Below, piece by piece: positions 31,619-42,235 of a stretch of DNA of 64,000 nucleotides (its first letter is position 1; every line of letters starts with the position of its first letter). The notes under the pieces are model-generated. The model saw only the letters and a program-made list of their open reading frames with translations, ran no database searches and was not told where the DNA came from. Both the position numbers and the translations under genes were made by a program. Origin of the DNA: Christensenellaceae bacterium (GTDB taxonomy: Bacteria > Bacillota > Clostridia > Christensenellales > Borkfalkiaceae); assembly GCA_045633745.1 (NCBI GenBank), contig JAZQYW010000015.1:11042-75041 (forward strand), read 5' to 3'.

Positions 31619-32542
31619 TTAATCGTTTTTTGTTGGGCGAGAATTTCTTTCATAGAAAATGCCATTGTCATAGCCTTGAATACTCTTATCCGTTTCGGCA
31701 TCTAAAAGTCTTTTTTCGCCCCACGCACAGTAAAGTGGGTTTTGTTCGATATTGATAAAATTTCTGTCAAGTTTTTTTGCAACCACACCAGTCGTGCCAC
31801 TGCCAGCAAAGATATCCACCACAGTATCGCCCTTGTTTGAACTTGCAAGAATAAGTTTTGCAATGAGTTTTTCTGGTTTTTGGGTTGGGTGTGCCGTGTT
31901 TTCAGCCATTGACCAGTAAGGCACGGCTATATCGTCCCAAAAATTTGATGGACAAGTAAGCCTATAATTGCCGTCTTCAGTTTGTTGCCAGTCTTTTGGC
32001 TTGCCGTTTTCTTTATAAGGCGCAAGCACCTTTTTCCTTTGCTTAACTGCATCAAGATTAAAGGTATAATTGTCGCTGACCGTTGCAAAGAAGATATCTT
32101 CCATAGAATTCTTCCAGTTGGTTTTAGCGCCCCTGCCCTTTTCTCTTTGCCAAGTAATTCTATTCCTTAAAACAAAATTTTCATCTAACACCACGCCGAT
32201 AGTAAGCGCACTTCTCCAGTCACAGCAAACGTAAATGCTTGCCGTGTCTTTTAGTTTAGGCTTAACGGCGTCTATCCATTTTTGAGTATATTCGGCATAT
32301 TCGCTTAAACTTTGCTTTTTGAATCCGTTCCCGTGAAAATTCTTGTCAAGATTATATGGTGGGTCAACGATTAAAAGGTCAATGCTTTTTTCTTGCATTT
32401 TTTCTAACGCACAAAAAGTATCGCCCAAAATGGTGCAGTTGACCTTTTTACCGTCATAATCACTTGTTTTTATAACTTTTTCTAGGTATTTTTCACCTTG
32501 TTCAAGTGTAAAATCTATTGTCTTGTTTCTTTCTGATTTCAT
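31619..32542 (-). CDS. beta-class DNA methyltransferase (N6-adenine or N4-cytosine)
   Basis: Motif IV IVDPPYN near the N-terminus and motif I FAGSGTTG near the C-terminus (order IV then I = beta class). Confidence 0.85.
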   Translation of the reverse strand: MKSERNKTIDFTLEQGEKYLEKVIKTSDYDGKKVNCTILGDTFCALEKMQEKSIDLLIVDPPYNLDKNFHGNGFKKQSLSEYAEYTQKWIDAVKPKLKDTASIYVCCDWRSALTIGVVLDENFVLRNRITWQREKGRGAKTNWKNSMEDIFFATVSDNYTFNLDAVKQRKKVLAPYKENGKPKDWQQTEDGNYRLTCPSNFWDDIAVPYWSMAENTAHPTQKPEKLIAKLILASSNKGDTVVDIFAGSGTTGVVAKKLDRNFINIEQNPLYCAWGEKRLLDAETDKSIQGYDNGIFYERNSRPTKND

Positions 32543-32544
32543 AA

Positions 32545-33984
32545 TTATTTTTTATAAATTTTTATCCACGCATCAAGTTTTTTGCTTAAATCTTTGTTGT
32601 CTTTGGTCTTTTTTAACATATCAAGCAAACTGTCGGTTGCATCGTCCCTTTCAGATAAGATTTGGCGAAGTTTATAAACAGTGTCAAGTTCACTTTCCGT
32701 AAGCAAAAGTTCTTCCCTTCTTGTGCCAGACTTATAAAGGTCTATCGCAGGGAAAATTCTCTTTTCGCTGAGTTCTCTTGACAAGTGAATTTCCATATTG
32801 CCAGTGCCTTTAAACTCTTCGTAAATAACGTCGTCCATACGGCTTCCCGTTTCAATTAAAGCAGTTGACAAAATAGTTAAACTGCCACCACTTTCAATGT
32901 TTCTTGCAGACCCGAAAAAGCGCTTTGGACCTTGCATAGCAACTGGGTCAAGCCCACCGGATAAAATCTTGCCTGAACTTTCAATGGTGCTGTTATAAGC
33001 ACGAGCAAGTCTTGTTATTGAATCCATCAAAATAACCACGTCTTGACCAACTTCAACAAGTCTTTTTGCACGATTTATAACTAATTCTGCAGCCCTGATA
33101 TGATGTTCTGCACATTCATCAAAGGTAGAGAAAACAACTTCTCCGTTAATGCATCTTTTAATATCGGTCACTTCTTCTGGACGTTCGTCAATAAGTAAAA
33201 CTATAAGTTTAACGTCTTTATGATTTTTTTCGATTGATTGAGCAATGAGTTTTAAGAGCGTTGTTTTACCAGTTTTTGGTGGTGCAACGATTAAACCCCT
33301 TTGACCTTTTCCTAAAGGCGAAAACAAGTCAATACAACGAATTGAAAGGTTGTTTTCATCATCTCTTTCAAGTTTTAGCCTTTCGGTTGGATAATATGGT
33401 GTAAGGTCATCAAAGTTGTTGCGTTTTAAGAATAATGCTGGGTCTAAATCGTTTATCAAAATAACGTCTTGAAGTGCAGCGGAATCTTTTTCACGAACAA
33501 ATTTTGCCTTTGCCCTAACCTTGTCGCCACGGCGAAGGTTAAACTTTCTTATGTTTTGCATAGACACGAAAACGTCATCACTAGAATTTTCGTAATTATT
33601 AGTACGCAAAAAGCCATAGTTTGAAGAAACTTGCTCCAACACACCTTCCATTATAAAGGTATTATAATCATCAATGGCTTCCACGTCACTAAAACTTGTA
33701 TTCCCTTCATAAGACGGTGCGTTATAAGGCTCATATTCGCTCTTTTTTTCTTTAACGTAAAATTCAGAAAGATCCATTTTTTTAGGTGGCGCACCGATTT
33801 TGGTTGGCACAACAGGTTCTAACCTGTTATCTTGAATTGCGATAATATCATTTACAAGTTTGTCTTTCTTTAATGAAGTAGGCGTTTTAACACCGATTTC
33901 TCTGCCTATTTCTCTTAAGACGTATAAATTCATTTGGTCTAATTGTTCTTTTGTAAATTTAATAAATTCTGCCATTTTATTCAC
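32545..33984 (-). CDS. rho: transcription termination factor Rho
   Basis: Walker A PPKTGKTT; Rho RNA-binding and ATPase layout; 479 aa. Confidence 0.95.
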   Translation of the reverse strand: MNKMAEFIKFTKEQLDQMNLYVLREIGREIGVKTPTSLKKDKLVNDIIAIQDNRLEPVVPTKIGAPPKKMDLSEFYVKEKKSEYEPYNAPSYEGNTSFSDVEAIDDYNTFIMEGVLEQVSSNYGFLRTNNYENSSDDVFVSMQNIRKFNLRRGDKVRAKAKFVREKDSAALQDVILINDLDPALFLKRNNFDDLTPYYPTERLKLERDDENNLSIRCIDLFSPLGKGQRGLIVAPPKTGKTTLLKLIAQSIEKNHKDVKLIVLLIDERPEEVTDIKRCINGEVVFSTFDECAEHHIRAAELVINRAKRLVEVGQDVVILMDSITRLARAYNSTIESSGKILSGGLDPVAMQGPKRFFGSARNIESGGSLTILSTALIETGSRMDDVIYEEFKGTGNMEIHLSRELSEKRIFPAIDLYKSGTRREELLLTESELDTVYKLRQILSERDDATDSLLDMLKKTKDNKDLSKKLDAWIKIYKK

Positions 33985-35179
33985 CTATTTTTTTCTTAAT
34001 ATTTTTTGCGCATAATATTCCACTTATGAAAGCAAAAGTAAGGTTATAACCACCACAATCGCCGTCAACGTTAAGCATTTCGCCAACGATATAAAGGTTT
34101 TCCACCAACTTGCTTTGATAATTGCCGTCAATCTTATCCGTCTTGATACCGCCCCTTGTAACTTGAGCATAAGCAAAATCAAGCGAGCCTAAAACTGATA
34201 ACTTAAAATTCTTTATACCGTAAGCGATATCAGTTGCACTTAAACTCTTTGCATTTTTTATAATGATTTGACCGACCTTTTTATTAAGCACGCCACAAAG
34301 TAAATCTTCTTTAGTCACGTAAGGAATTTGTAAACGATTTTCCACAATTTTTTCAGTTTGACCAAAGGTTAAGTTTGGCAAAAACTCCACTATTAAATAG
34401 GCGTTCTTTTTGCCTATCACACTTGCAGACAAACTGAAAATAGTTGAGCCAGACACCCCAAAATCAGTAAACAATAAATCGCCTTCAGCCGTCATAACAG
34501 GTCTGGAATCAACAAAAGCAGTCACCCTTGCCGTTTCCTTAATACCCTTAAGCCCTTTAAGTAAAGCCGTATCGGTTTTTAATTGAACAAGCGATGGATA
34601 AAGTTCTGTCTTTTTATGCCCAAAGTTTTCTGCCAAAGCGTAAGACGTGCCGTCCGTTCCAAACTGTTTGCCAGCACTACCACCCGTTGCAAGCACAACG
34701 TTTTTAGCACTGAACTTTTCAGAGCCGACGCAAACTTCAAACTCTCCGTTATTTTTAGTAATTTTGCTAACCCTTTTACCAGTTAAAACGGTGCAGTTCA
34801 TATAACTTAAATATGCCCTTATGCTATCAAGCACAGAACTTGCTTGCTTTGAAAGTGGATAAATTTTTCCGTCCTTTCCAGCACAAACGAAAACGCCTAT
34901 TTCTTCTAAATAACGCTTTAAGTTAACCTGTTTTGCACTAGAAACGAATTGTTCGATAAAAGCCTTGTCCCCGTGATAGAACTCTGCCCCGAACTTTTCG
35001 TTCATAAGATTGCCTTGTCCATTGCCGGTTGCAACAAGTTTTTTACCCACCCTGTCGTTTCGCTCTAAAATTAGAATTTCGTTGCCCTTCAACGCATTGT
35101 TGCCCTTTAGAAGTTCAACGGCTGTCAAAAGCCCTGATGCGCCCCCGCCAACGATTATAGTGTTATATTTTTTTTGCAA
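33977..35179 (-). CDS. HI0933/BaiN-family FAD-dependent oxidoreductase
   Basis: GGGASGL dinucleotide motif; family-typical C-terminus DGDCGGYNL. Confidence 0.8.
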   Translation of the reverse strand: MQKKYNTIIVGGGASGLLTAVELLKGNNALKGNEILILERNDRVGKKLVATGNGQGNLMNEKFGAEFYHGDKAFIEQFVSSAKQVNLKRYLEEIGVFVCAGKDGKIYPLSKQASSVLDSIRAYLSYMNCTVLTGKRVSKITKNNGEFEVCVGSEKFSAKNVVLATGGSAGKQFGTDGTSYALAENFGHKKTELYPSLVQLKTDTALLKGLKGIKETARVTAFVDSRPVMTAEGDLLFTDFGVSGSTIFSLSASVIGKKNAYLIVEFLPNLTFGQTEKIVENRLQIPYVTKEDLLCGVLNKKVGQIIIKNAKSLSATDIAYGIKNFKLSVLGSLDFAYAQVTRGGIKTDKIDGNYQSKLVENLYIVGEMLNVDGDCGGYNLTFAFISGILCAKNIKKKIGE

Positions 35180-35337
35180 AATTTTTCTCCTTGCAATTTT
35201 TTGTTAATTTTGGAAATTTTGTCAAATGACTTAAAAAAATGGATACTAGAGTTATGCGTTTTATCGCACAACCCTAATATTAAAAAATATGTACTTAAAT
35301 TAAAAATTATTTGAATTAAAAGAATTTAATAAAAAAA

Positions 35338-35982
35338 TTAGAAAATCAAAGAAAGAATTTCTTTTGGATTATTAACGAAAGTGGTTGCACCCACTTCTTG
35401 AAGTTGGTCTTTATCTCTATATCCCCACAAAACGCTGATATTTTTTATACCCGCATTTATAGAAGTTAATACGTCGGTTTCGCCGTCGCCAACAAAAAAA
35501 GCGTTTTGTTTTTCAACGTTTAGTTTTTCTAGGATATTTAAAGTTGCCGTTTTATCAGGCTTACACTTAACACTACTGCTTTGCCCCACAACCATATCGA
35601 AGTTAAATGAAGAAAGATATTTTTGATAAACTTCATCAGTTGTCTTTTGTGGTTTGTTGGTTAAGATTGCAAGTTTATATCCCCTTTCCTTTAAGGTTAA
35701 AAGCAATTCCTTAACCCCATCGAAAAGCCTTGTTTTTGGGCTACCCGAACTGGTATAACTTTCATTATAAAAAGCCAACCTTTCATCTAATTCTTGTTCG
35801 GTGATATCCCCAAAACTTCTCTTAATTAAGTTTCTTGCACCGTTGCCTATAAACTGTCTTATTTCATCAGCATTGCGAAGTGGCGCATTAAACTTTCCTA
35901 AAGTAATATTAACGTGCTCTAATATATCTGGAAGAGAGTGAATAATCGTGCCGTCAAGGTCAAAAATAACAGCCTTATTCAT
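35338..35982 (-). CDS. HAD-family hydrolase (phosphoglycolate phosphatase-like)
   Basis: DLDGT motif I, TNK, GDGETD motif. Confidence 0.8.
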   Translation of the reverse strand: MNKAVIFDLDGTIIHSLPDILEHVNITLGKFNAPLRNADEIRQFIGNGARNLIKRSFGDITEQELDERLAFYNESYTSSGSPKTRLFDGVKELLLTLKERGYKLAILTNKPQKTTDEVYQKYLSSFNFDMVVGQSSSVKCKPDKTATLNILEKLNVEKQNAFFVGDGETDVLTSINAGIKNISVLWGYRDKDQLQEVGATTFVNNPKEILSLIF

Positions 35983-37664
35983 TACATTTCCTCAACTGTT
36001 TCAATACCTAATAATGTGAGTGCGTTAGTAAGTGTTATCTTAACTGCCTTTGTAATTGCCAAACGGAAGTTTTTAAGATTTTCATCTTCAATAGCAATCT
36101 TGCAGTCCATATAGAACTTGTTAAACGCTGTTGCAAGGTCAAGTGCATATCTTGTGACAAAAGATGGTTCATATTTATCAGCAGATGCCTTAACAACGTC
36201 CTTAAACCTTCCAAGTTCAGCGATAACGCCATATTCACTTGCGTTCATTTGGATATTAGAATATTTTGCAGGTTCGCCACACTTTGCCAAAACACTATTG
36301 CATCTTGCAATGGTATATTGAACGTAAGGGCAAGTTTCCCCTTCAAAACTCAACACTCTATCGTAACTAAAGGTTATGTCCTTAATCTTGTTGTTGCAGA
36401 GTGCACCGAAAATAACTGCACCCGTGCCGACTGCCTTGGCAATCTTTTCTTTATCTTTAAGAGTTGGGTTCTTTTCTTCAATAACGCTATAAGCCTTTTC
36501 GATAGTCTTATTTATAACGTCTTCAAGTAGCACCACTTTACCAGCACGTGTGCTCATTGCACCGCTTTCCAAACTTACCATACCGTAAGCAACGTGCACC
36601 ATATCTTTTGCCCAGTCCTTGCCCATAAGTTCAAGAACTTTAAAGAATTGTTTGAAGTGCAAGTTTTGTTGATATGCAACCACGTATAAACACTTTTCAA
36701 AATCATAAGTGTTCTTTCTATAAACGGCGGCGGCAATATCCCTTGTTGCATATAAGGTCGAACCATCTGACTTTAAGATAAGGCAAGGTGGCATATTATA
36801 TTCTTCAAGGTCAACGATAGACGCACCATCTGAAATCTTTATAAGATTTTTTTCTCTTAATTCATCAACGACAGGCGCCATTTTATCGTTATAAAAACTT
36901 TCGCCAGCATAACTGTCAAATTCAACGTTCAAAAGTTTATAAATCTTATCAACTTCTTCTAAAGTGATTTTCTTAAAGAGTTCAAAGAGTTTATTGCTGT
37001 CTTTATCGCCGTCTTCAATCAACTTAAAATAATGTCTTGCTTCATCGTCCATTTCTGGGTGAATTTTGGCTTCATCGTGATATTTAACGTAAATTCTTGT
37101 AAGTTCTTTTAATCTATCTTTTTCAACTTGTTCAATAGAACTCCATTTTTTAAAAGCAACTATAAGTTTGCCGAACTGCGTTCCGTAATCGCCAAGGTGA
37201 TTTATACCCACCACCTTATATCCCAAAAACCTAAAAATCTTGCAGAGTGCACTGCCGATAACGGTGGTGCTTAAATGCCCGATATGAAAAGGTTTTGCAA
37301 TGTTAATTGAAGAATAGTCAATACAAATGGTCTTGCCGTTGCCGATAGTATCAGCACCGTAATTTTCATTTTTTTCTAAAATTTCATCAAGCAATGCGTT
37401 TGCATAGTTTTGCCTGTTTATCTTAAAATTAAGATAACCGTTAACAGCAGTGCAATCGCTAATATATTCGTCTAAAACGAATTCTTGAGCAAGCGTTTGT
37501 GCAATCAACACTGGTGGACGGCGCATAATTTTAGAGAGTTTAAAACAAGGCAACGCAAAGTCACCCATATCATTATTTGGTGGCGTTTCGATAAACGAAT
37601 ATAATTCTTCAGCCGAAATGCCTTCAATATTAAGTTTTTCCGCAATAATTTTCTTATAATCCAT
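35982..37664 (-). CDS. argS: arginine--tRNA ligase
   Basis: HIGH-type PFHIGH motif; class I layout. Start moved to MDYKKI (ATG 37664), which follows a GGAG RBS. Confidence 0.95.
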   Translation of the reverse strand: MDYKKIIAEKLNIEGISAEELYSFIETPPNNDMGDFALPCFKLSKIMRRPPVLIAQTLAQEFVLDEYISDCTAVNGYLNFKINRQNYANALLDEILEKNENYGADTIGNGKTICIDYSSINIAKPFHIGHLSTTVIGSALCKIFRFLGYKVVGINHLGDYGTQFGKLIVAFKKWSSIEQVEKDRLKELTRIYVKYHDEAKIHPEMDDEARHYFKLIEDGDKDSNKLFELFKKITLEEVDKIYKLLNVEFDSYAGESFYNDKMAPVVDELREKNLIKISDGASIVDLEEYNMPPCLILKSDGSTLYATRDIAAAVYRKNTYDFEKCLYVVAYQQNLHFKQFFKVLELMGKDWAKDMVHVAYGMVSLESGAMSTRAGKVVLLEDVINKTIEKAYSVIEEKNPTLKDKEKIAKAVGTGAVIFGALCNNKIKDITFSYDRVLSFEGETCPYVQYTIARCNSVLAKCGEPAKYSNIQMNASEYGVIAELGRFKDVVKASADKYEPSFVTRYALDLATAFNKFYMDCKIAIEDENLKNFRLAITKAVKITLTNALTLLGIETVEEM

Positions 37665-37724
37665 AATATACTCCGTAAGCGTTTTAATAATAACATATAA
37701 TTTGTAAAAATGCAACTTAAAAAC

Positions 37725-37753
37725 TTGAAATTTTATTTAATTTGGATTATAAT
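37725..37753 (+). promoter_or_regulatory. putative sigma-A promoter of ychF
   Basis: TTGAAA - 17 nt - TATAAT. Confidence 0.55.
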
Positions 37754-37787
37754 TGTAAGGTCAATAAAAGTTAAACGGAGATAAAAT

Positions 37788-38885
37788 ATGAAATTAGGTG
37801 TCGTTGGACTTCCAAACGTAGGCAAATCAACACTATTTAACGCAATAACCCACGCGGGCGCAGAATGCGCTAACTACCCTTTCTGCACCATTGAACCAAA
37901 CGTTGGTATCGTTGCCGTGCCAGATGAAAGGCTTGACGTTTTGGGCAAACTTTATAATACTAAAAAAATAACCCCAGCAGTTGTTGAATTCGTAGACATT
38001 GCAGGGCTTGTTAAGGGTGCAAGCAAGGGCGAAGGTCTTGGAAACAAGTTCCTTGCAAATATTCGTGAAACAGATGCTATCGTTCACGTTGTAAGATGTT
38101 TTGAAGATTCAAACATTACCCACGTTGACGATAAAATCGACCCATTAAGAGATATTGAAACTATCAACCTTGAACTTATCTTTGCCGATACCGATAGCGT
38201 TAAGAAAAAACTTGACAAGGCTATCAGTATGACAAAAACTGGCGATAAAAAATATAAAATCGAAGCCGAATTCTTGCAAAAACTTTATACTCACCTTGAA
38301 GAATTAAAACCAGCACGAACTCTTGCTATGAACGATGAAGAAAAAGAATACTTAAAATCACTTTTCTTAATCACTGCAAAACCTGTTATCTATACAGCAA
38401 ACATCGGCGAAATGGATATGGGCAAAGATGAAAGCTCTCTCCCACTTGTTCAAAAGGTTATCGATTTTGCAAAACAAGAAAATGCCGAATATATGGTTAT
38501 TTGTGCAAAAACTGAAGAAGAACTTTCTATGCTTGAAGAAGACGAACAAAAAATGTTCCTTGAAGAATTAGGCTTAACCGAAAGTGGTCTTGATAGACTT
38601 GTTAAAACTTCTTATAGACTTTTGGGGTTAATCAGTTATTTGACTGCTGGCGAAAAGGAAGTTAGGGCTTGGACTATTGAAAAAGGCACAAAAGCACCTC
38701 AAGCCGCAGGCAAAATCCACACCGACTTTGAAAAGGGCTTTATTAGAGCGGAAATCGTTGACTATTCAGTGCTTGTTGAATTAGGCTCATTTAACGCCGC
38801 TAAAGAAAAAGGCAAAGTTCGTTCAGAAGGTAAAGAATACGTTATGCAAGACAGCGACGTTGTTTTGTTTAGATTTAACGTTTAA
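37788..38885 (+). CDS. ychF: redox-regulated ATPase YchF
   Basis: [10 protein letters not shown]-loop; 365 aa; TGS C-terminal domain. Confidence 0.95.
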   Translation: MKLGVVGLPNVGKSTLFNAITHAGAECANYPFCTIEPNVGIVAVPDERLDVLGKLYNTKKITPAVVEFVDIAGLVKGASKGEGLGNKFLANIRETDAIVHVVRCFEDSNITHVDDKIDPLRDIETINLELIFADTDSVKKKLDKAISMTKTGDKKYKIEAEFLQKLYTHLEELKPARTLAMNDEEKEYLKSLFLITAKPVIYTANIGEMDMGKDESSLPLVQKVIDFAKQENAEYMVICAKTEEELSMLEEDEQKMFLEELGLTESGLDRLVKTSYRLLGLISYLTAGEKEVRAWTIEKGTKAPQAAGKIHTDFEKGFIRAEIVDYSVLVELGSFNAAKEKGKVRSEGKEYVMQDSDVVLFRFNV

Positions 38886-38901
38886 TATTAAAATAAATAC
38901 T

Positions 38902-38930
38902 AAAAGCCACCAAATTTGGTGGCTTTTTTT
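38902..38930. terminator. bidirectional terminator between ychF and hpt
   Basis: AAGCCACCA-aattt-GGTGGCTT stem flanked by A- and T-runs. Confidence 0.75.
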
Positions 38931-38952
38931 AATTATCGGCTGTTGTTTAATA

Positions 38953-39510
38953 TTAAATATCTTGTCTAAATTCTGCAATGTATGGCAAGTTTCTGTATTT
39001 TTCCCCACAGTCTAGTCCATAACCTATTACAAAGTAATCAGGAATATCAAACAAAACTATATCTGCATTAAATTCAACAACTCTTCTTTCCTTTTTATCA
39101 AGAAGGGTGACAACTCTTAATGAAAGTGGGTTTCTATCCTTAAGCATTTTGTGAATATATTTCAAAGTTCTTCCAGTATCGATAATGTCTTCAACGATAA
39201 TAACGTGATATTTGCTTATATCTTGTTCAATATCCATAATGATATTAACTTTACCCGTTGATTCTGTTCCGTTAAAATAACTTTGAGCGCACATAAACGC
39301 AACTTCACAAGGTACGGTTATTGCCCTGCAAATATCTGCCATAAAAACGAAAGAACCTTTCAATATGCTAACCAACAAAATCGGCCTGCCGTCATAAGAC
39401 TCATCAATAATTTTACCCACTTCAGCAATTTTTTGTTTAATTTGTTCAGCCGAAATAAGTGTTCTGCCAATTCTTTTATCATATTCTTGTTGTTCTAAAA
39501 CCTTTGCCAT
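38953..39510 (-). CDS. hpt: hypoxanthine phosphoribosyltransferase
   Basis: PRPP motif VIIVEDIIDTGRT. Start moved to MAKVLE (ATG 39510), which has an AAGGAAAA RBS. Confidence 0.9.
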   Translation of the reverse strand: MAKVLEQQEYDKRIGRTLISAEQIKQKIAEVGKIIDESYDGRPILLVSILKGSFVFMADICRAITVPCEVAFMCAQSYFNGTESTGKVNIIMDIEQDISKYHVIIVEDIIDTGRTLKYIHKMLKDRNPLSLRVVTLLDKKERRVVEFNADIVLFDIPDYFVIGYGLDCGEKYRNLPYIAEFRQDI

Positions 39511-39574
39511 ATTCTTTTTCCTTTTGTAAATTTGTTTTATTATATCATACTTTTTTTGTTTTTTCAATAATTAG

Positions 39575-39603
39575 TTGCAAAAAAACGACAGAAATACTAT
39601 AAT
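39575..39603 (+). promoter_or_regulatory. putative sigma-A promoter of copA
   Basis: TTGCAA - 17 nt - TATAAT. Confidence 0.6.
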
Positions 39604-39642
39604 ATTTTTATAAATAAAAAGGTAAGAAAAGGAGAATTTGCG

Positions 39643-42129
39643 ATGGTGCAATATAACGTGACTGGAATGAGTTGTTCGGCTTGTAGTAGCAGTGTGGAAA
39701 AAGCCGTTTCTAAAGTAGATGGCGTGACCACCTGTTCAGTCAACCTATTAACAAACTCTATGTCGGTTGAAGGAACAGCATCATCTCAAGATATTATAAA
39801 CGCAGTTAAGAAAGCAGGCTATGGTGCAACCCTTAAAAGCGATATAAACTTGCTAAAGGACACGCAAACACCCAAACTAAAAAAGCGACTTCTTTTATCC
39901 CTTGGCTTTTTAATCGCATTGATGTATATGTCAATGGGATATAATATGTGGGCTTTCCCCTTACCTAAACTCTTAACCAAAAATCCAATATCAATAGCAA
40001 TAATTCAATTTGTGTTAACTATCGTGGTTATGGTTATTAACCGAAAGTTCTTTATAAACGGTTTTAAGAGTTTATTACACCGCTCACCTAATATGGATAC
40101 GCTTGTTGCACTCGGCTCTTTTTCTGGTTTTCTTTACAGCAGTGTAACGCTATTCAAAATGTTTTTCCTTTTAGAAAACACCCTTGCCGTTAACAGCCTT
40201 TTGCACAACCTTTATTTTGATTCTTCAGCAATGATATTGACGCTAATTACTCTTGGCAAATTACTTGAGTCTAAATCAAAGGGTAAAACGACCAACGCAC
40301 TTAAAAAACTAATGAACCTTGCCCCACAAACGGCAACCGTTATTCGTGATGGAAATGAAATTATTGTTCCAGTTGAACAAGTAAAATTAGGCGACGTTTT
40401 TTTGGTTAAACCGGGCGAAAGTATCCCCGTTGACGGAATAGTTTTAGAAGGGAATAGTGCAGTTAATCAATCTTCACTTACTGGCGAAAGTATCCCTGTT
40501 GACAAAGTGGTTGGTGACATTGTTTCTTCAGCGACAATAAATCAATCGGGCTTATTAAAATGCAAGGCTATAAGAGTTGGCGAAAACACCACCCTATCCC
40601 AAATTATCCGTATGGTAAGCGACGCATCTTCAACCAAAGCACCGATTGCAAAGATTGCTGATAAAGTTTCTGGATTTTTTGTTCCAACAGTAATTATCAT
40701 TGCACTAATCACACTTTCGGTATGGTTAATAATAGGACAAAGTTTGGGATATTCGCTTTCTAGGGCGATATCCGTTTTGGTAATAAGTTGCCCTTGTGCT
40801 TTAGGACTTGCAACCCCCGTTGCAATAATGGTTGGCACGGGTTTAAGTGCAAAAAAAGGGATATTGTTCAAAACTGCAATTTCGCTTGAAAACACTGGCA
40901 AAACCGATATCGTAGTTTTAGATAAAACTGGAACTATTACTAAAGGCGAACCTGTTGTGACCGACGTTTTGGCGTATGAAATTAACCAAACTGATTTAAT
41001 ATCTTATGCTTACGCATTAGAAAAAAATAGCGAACATCCACTTTCAAAAGCCGTTGTAATAAAGGCACAAGAAATGGCACTTGACCTTAAAGCCGTGACC
41101 GATTTTAAAGCAGTTGCTGGAAATGGCTTAATCGCAAGTTTAGATAACAAAATCATTGCTGGTGGAAACGCAAATTTTATTTCTAAATACACCAAAATTC
41201 CTGACAGCGTAAAAGAACAAGCCGAAAATTTATCTTCGCAAGGTAAAACACCTTTATACTTTAGTTATGACAACAAGTTTTTAGGTGTTATTTGCGTTGC
41301 AGACGTTGTAAAAGAAGACAGCAAACAAGCCATTGATGAACTTAAAAATATGGGCATAAACGTTATTATGCTGACTGGCGATAATCAAAAAACGGCAGAT
41401 GCAATCGGCACTCAAGTGGGCGTTGACAAAGTCATTGCTGGGGTGATGCCACAAAATAAAATGCAAGTGGTTAATGGGTTAAAACAATATGGCAAAGTTG
41501 CAATGGTTGGCGACGGAATTAACGATGCCCCTGCCCTAACAAGTGCAGATATAGGCATTGCAATAGGTGCAGGAACGGATATCGCCATTGATTCAGCCGA
41601 TATAGTTTTAATGAAAAACAGCCTTTTGGACGTTGCAACAAGCATTAGATTGAGCAAAAATACACTCAAAGTTATTCACCAAAATTTGTTTTGGGCTTTC
41701 TTTTATAACACGATAGGAATTCCTATCGCATCGGGCGTTTTCGCATTGCTTGGGCTACTTTTAAACCCTATGATAGGTGCTCTTGCAATGAGTTTATCAA
41801 GCGTTTTCGTTGTCACAAATGCTTTAAGATTAAATTTAATCAGCACTGCCCCAAACAAAAAAATTAAAGATAAAAAAATAAAAATAGATAATATAGATTT
41901 AACTATAAAAAAGGAGAATAAAGTTATGGAAAAAACCTTAAAAATTGAAGGAATGATGTGTATGCATTGTTCTGGCAGAGTTAAAAAGGTGCTTGAAAGC
42001 CTTGCAGAAGTTGATAGCGCAGTAGTTAGCCACGAAACAGGCACGGCTATTATCACTCTCAATAAAGAAGTTGACTTATCGGTTCTTGTTAGCGTTATCG
42101 AAAACGAAGGATATAAGGTTATCGGCTAA
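39643..42129 (+). CDS. copA: copper-translocating P1B-type ATPase with N-terminal and in-frame C-terminal HMA domains
   Basis: GMSCSACS HMA domain, CPC TM motif, DKTGT phosphorylation site, GDGINDAP, and a C-terminal GMMCMHCSGRV HMA domain. Confidence 0.9.
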   Translation: MVQYNVTGMSCSACSSSVEKAVSKVDGVTTCSVNLLTNSMSVEGTASSQDIINAVKKAGYGATLKSDINLLKDTQTPKLKKRLLLSLGFLIALMYMSMGYNMWAFPLPKLLTKNPISIAIIQFVLTIVVMVINRKFFINGFKSLLHRSPNMDTLVALGSFSGFLYSSVTLFKMFFLLENTLAVNSLLHNLYFDSSAMILTLITLGKLLESKSKGKTTNALKKLMNLAPQTATVIRDGNEIIVPVEQVKLGDVFLVKPGESIPVDGIVLEGNSAVNQSSLTGESIPVDKVVGDIVSSATINQSGLLKCKAIRVGENTTLSQIIRMVSDASSTKAPIAKIADKVSGFFVPTVIIIALITLSVWLIIGQSLGYSLSRAISVLVISCPCALGLATPVAIMVGTGLSAKKGILFKTAISLENTGKTDIVVLDKTGTITKGEPVVTDVLAYEINQTDLISYAYALEKNSEHPLSKAVVIKAQEMALDLKAVTDFKAVAGNGLIASLDNKIIAGGNANFISKYTKIPDSVKEQAENLSSQGKTPLYFSYDNKFLGVICVADVVKEDSKQAIDELKNMGINVIMLTGDNQKTADAIGTQVGVDKVIAGVMPQNKMQVVNGLKQYGKVAMVGDGINDAPALTSADIGIAIGAGTDIAIDSADIVLMKNSLLDVATSIRLSKNTLKVIHQNLFWAFFYNTIGIPIASGVFALLGLLLNPMIGALAMSLSSVFVVTNALRLNLISTAPNKKIKDKKIKIDNIDLTIKKENKVMEKTLKIEGMMCMHCSGRVKKVLESLAEVDSAVVSHETGTAIITLNKEVDLSVLVSVIENEGYKVIG

Positions 42130-42154
42130 AACTTTATCCCCCCCAAAAAAAAGA

Positions 42155-42185
42155 AAAAGACAGGTTTTTTACCTGTCTTTTTTTG
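42155..42185 (+). terminator. rho-independent terminator after copA
   Basis: AGACAGGT-tttttt-ACCTGTCT stem plus a T-run. Confidence 0.75.
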
Positions 42186-42235
42186 TTTAACTTTAAAAAT
42201 ATTTTCTTGAATTGCCATTTAAACTTTATATAGGA

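Noticed and set aside
35240-35300. Hairpin GTTGTGCG-ataaaa-CGCATAAC downstream of the HAD hydrolase gene as a terminator
   Set aside because: The T-run is separated from the stem by about 10 nt and the stem includes a G-U pair. It is too weak to call.
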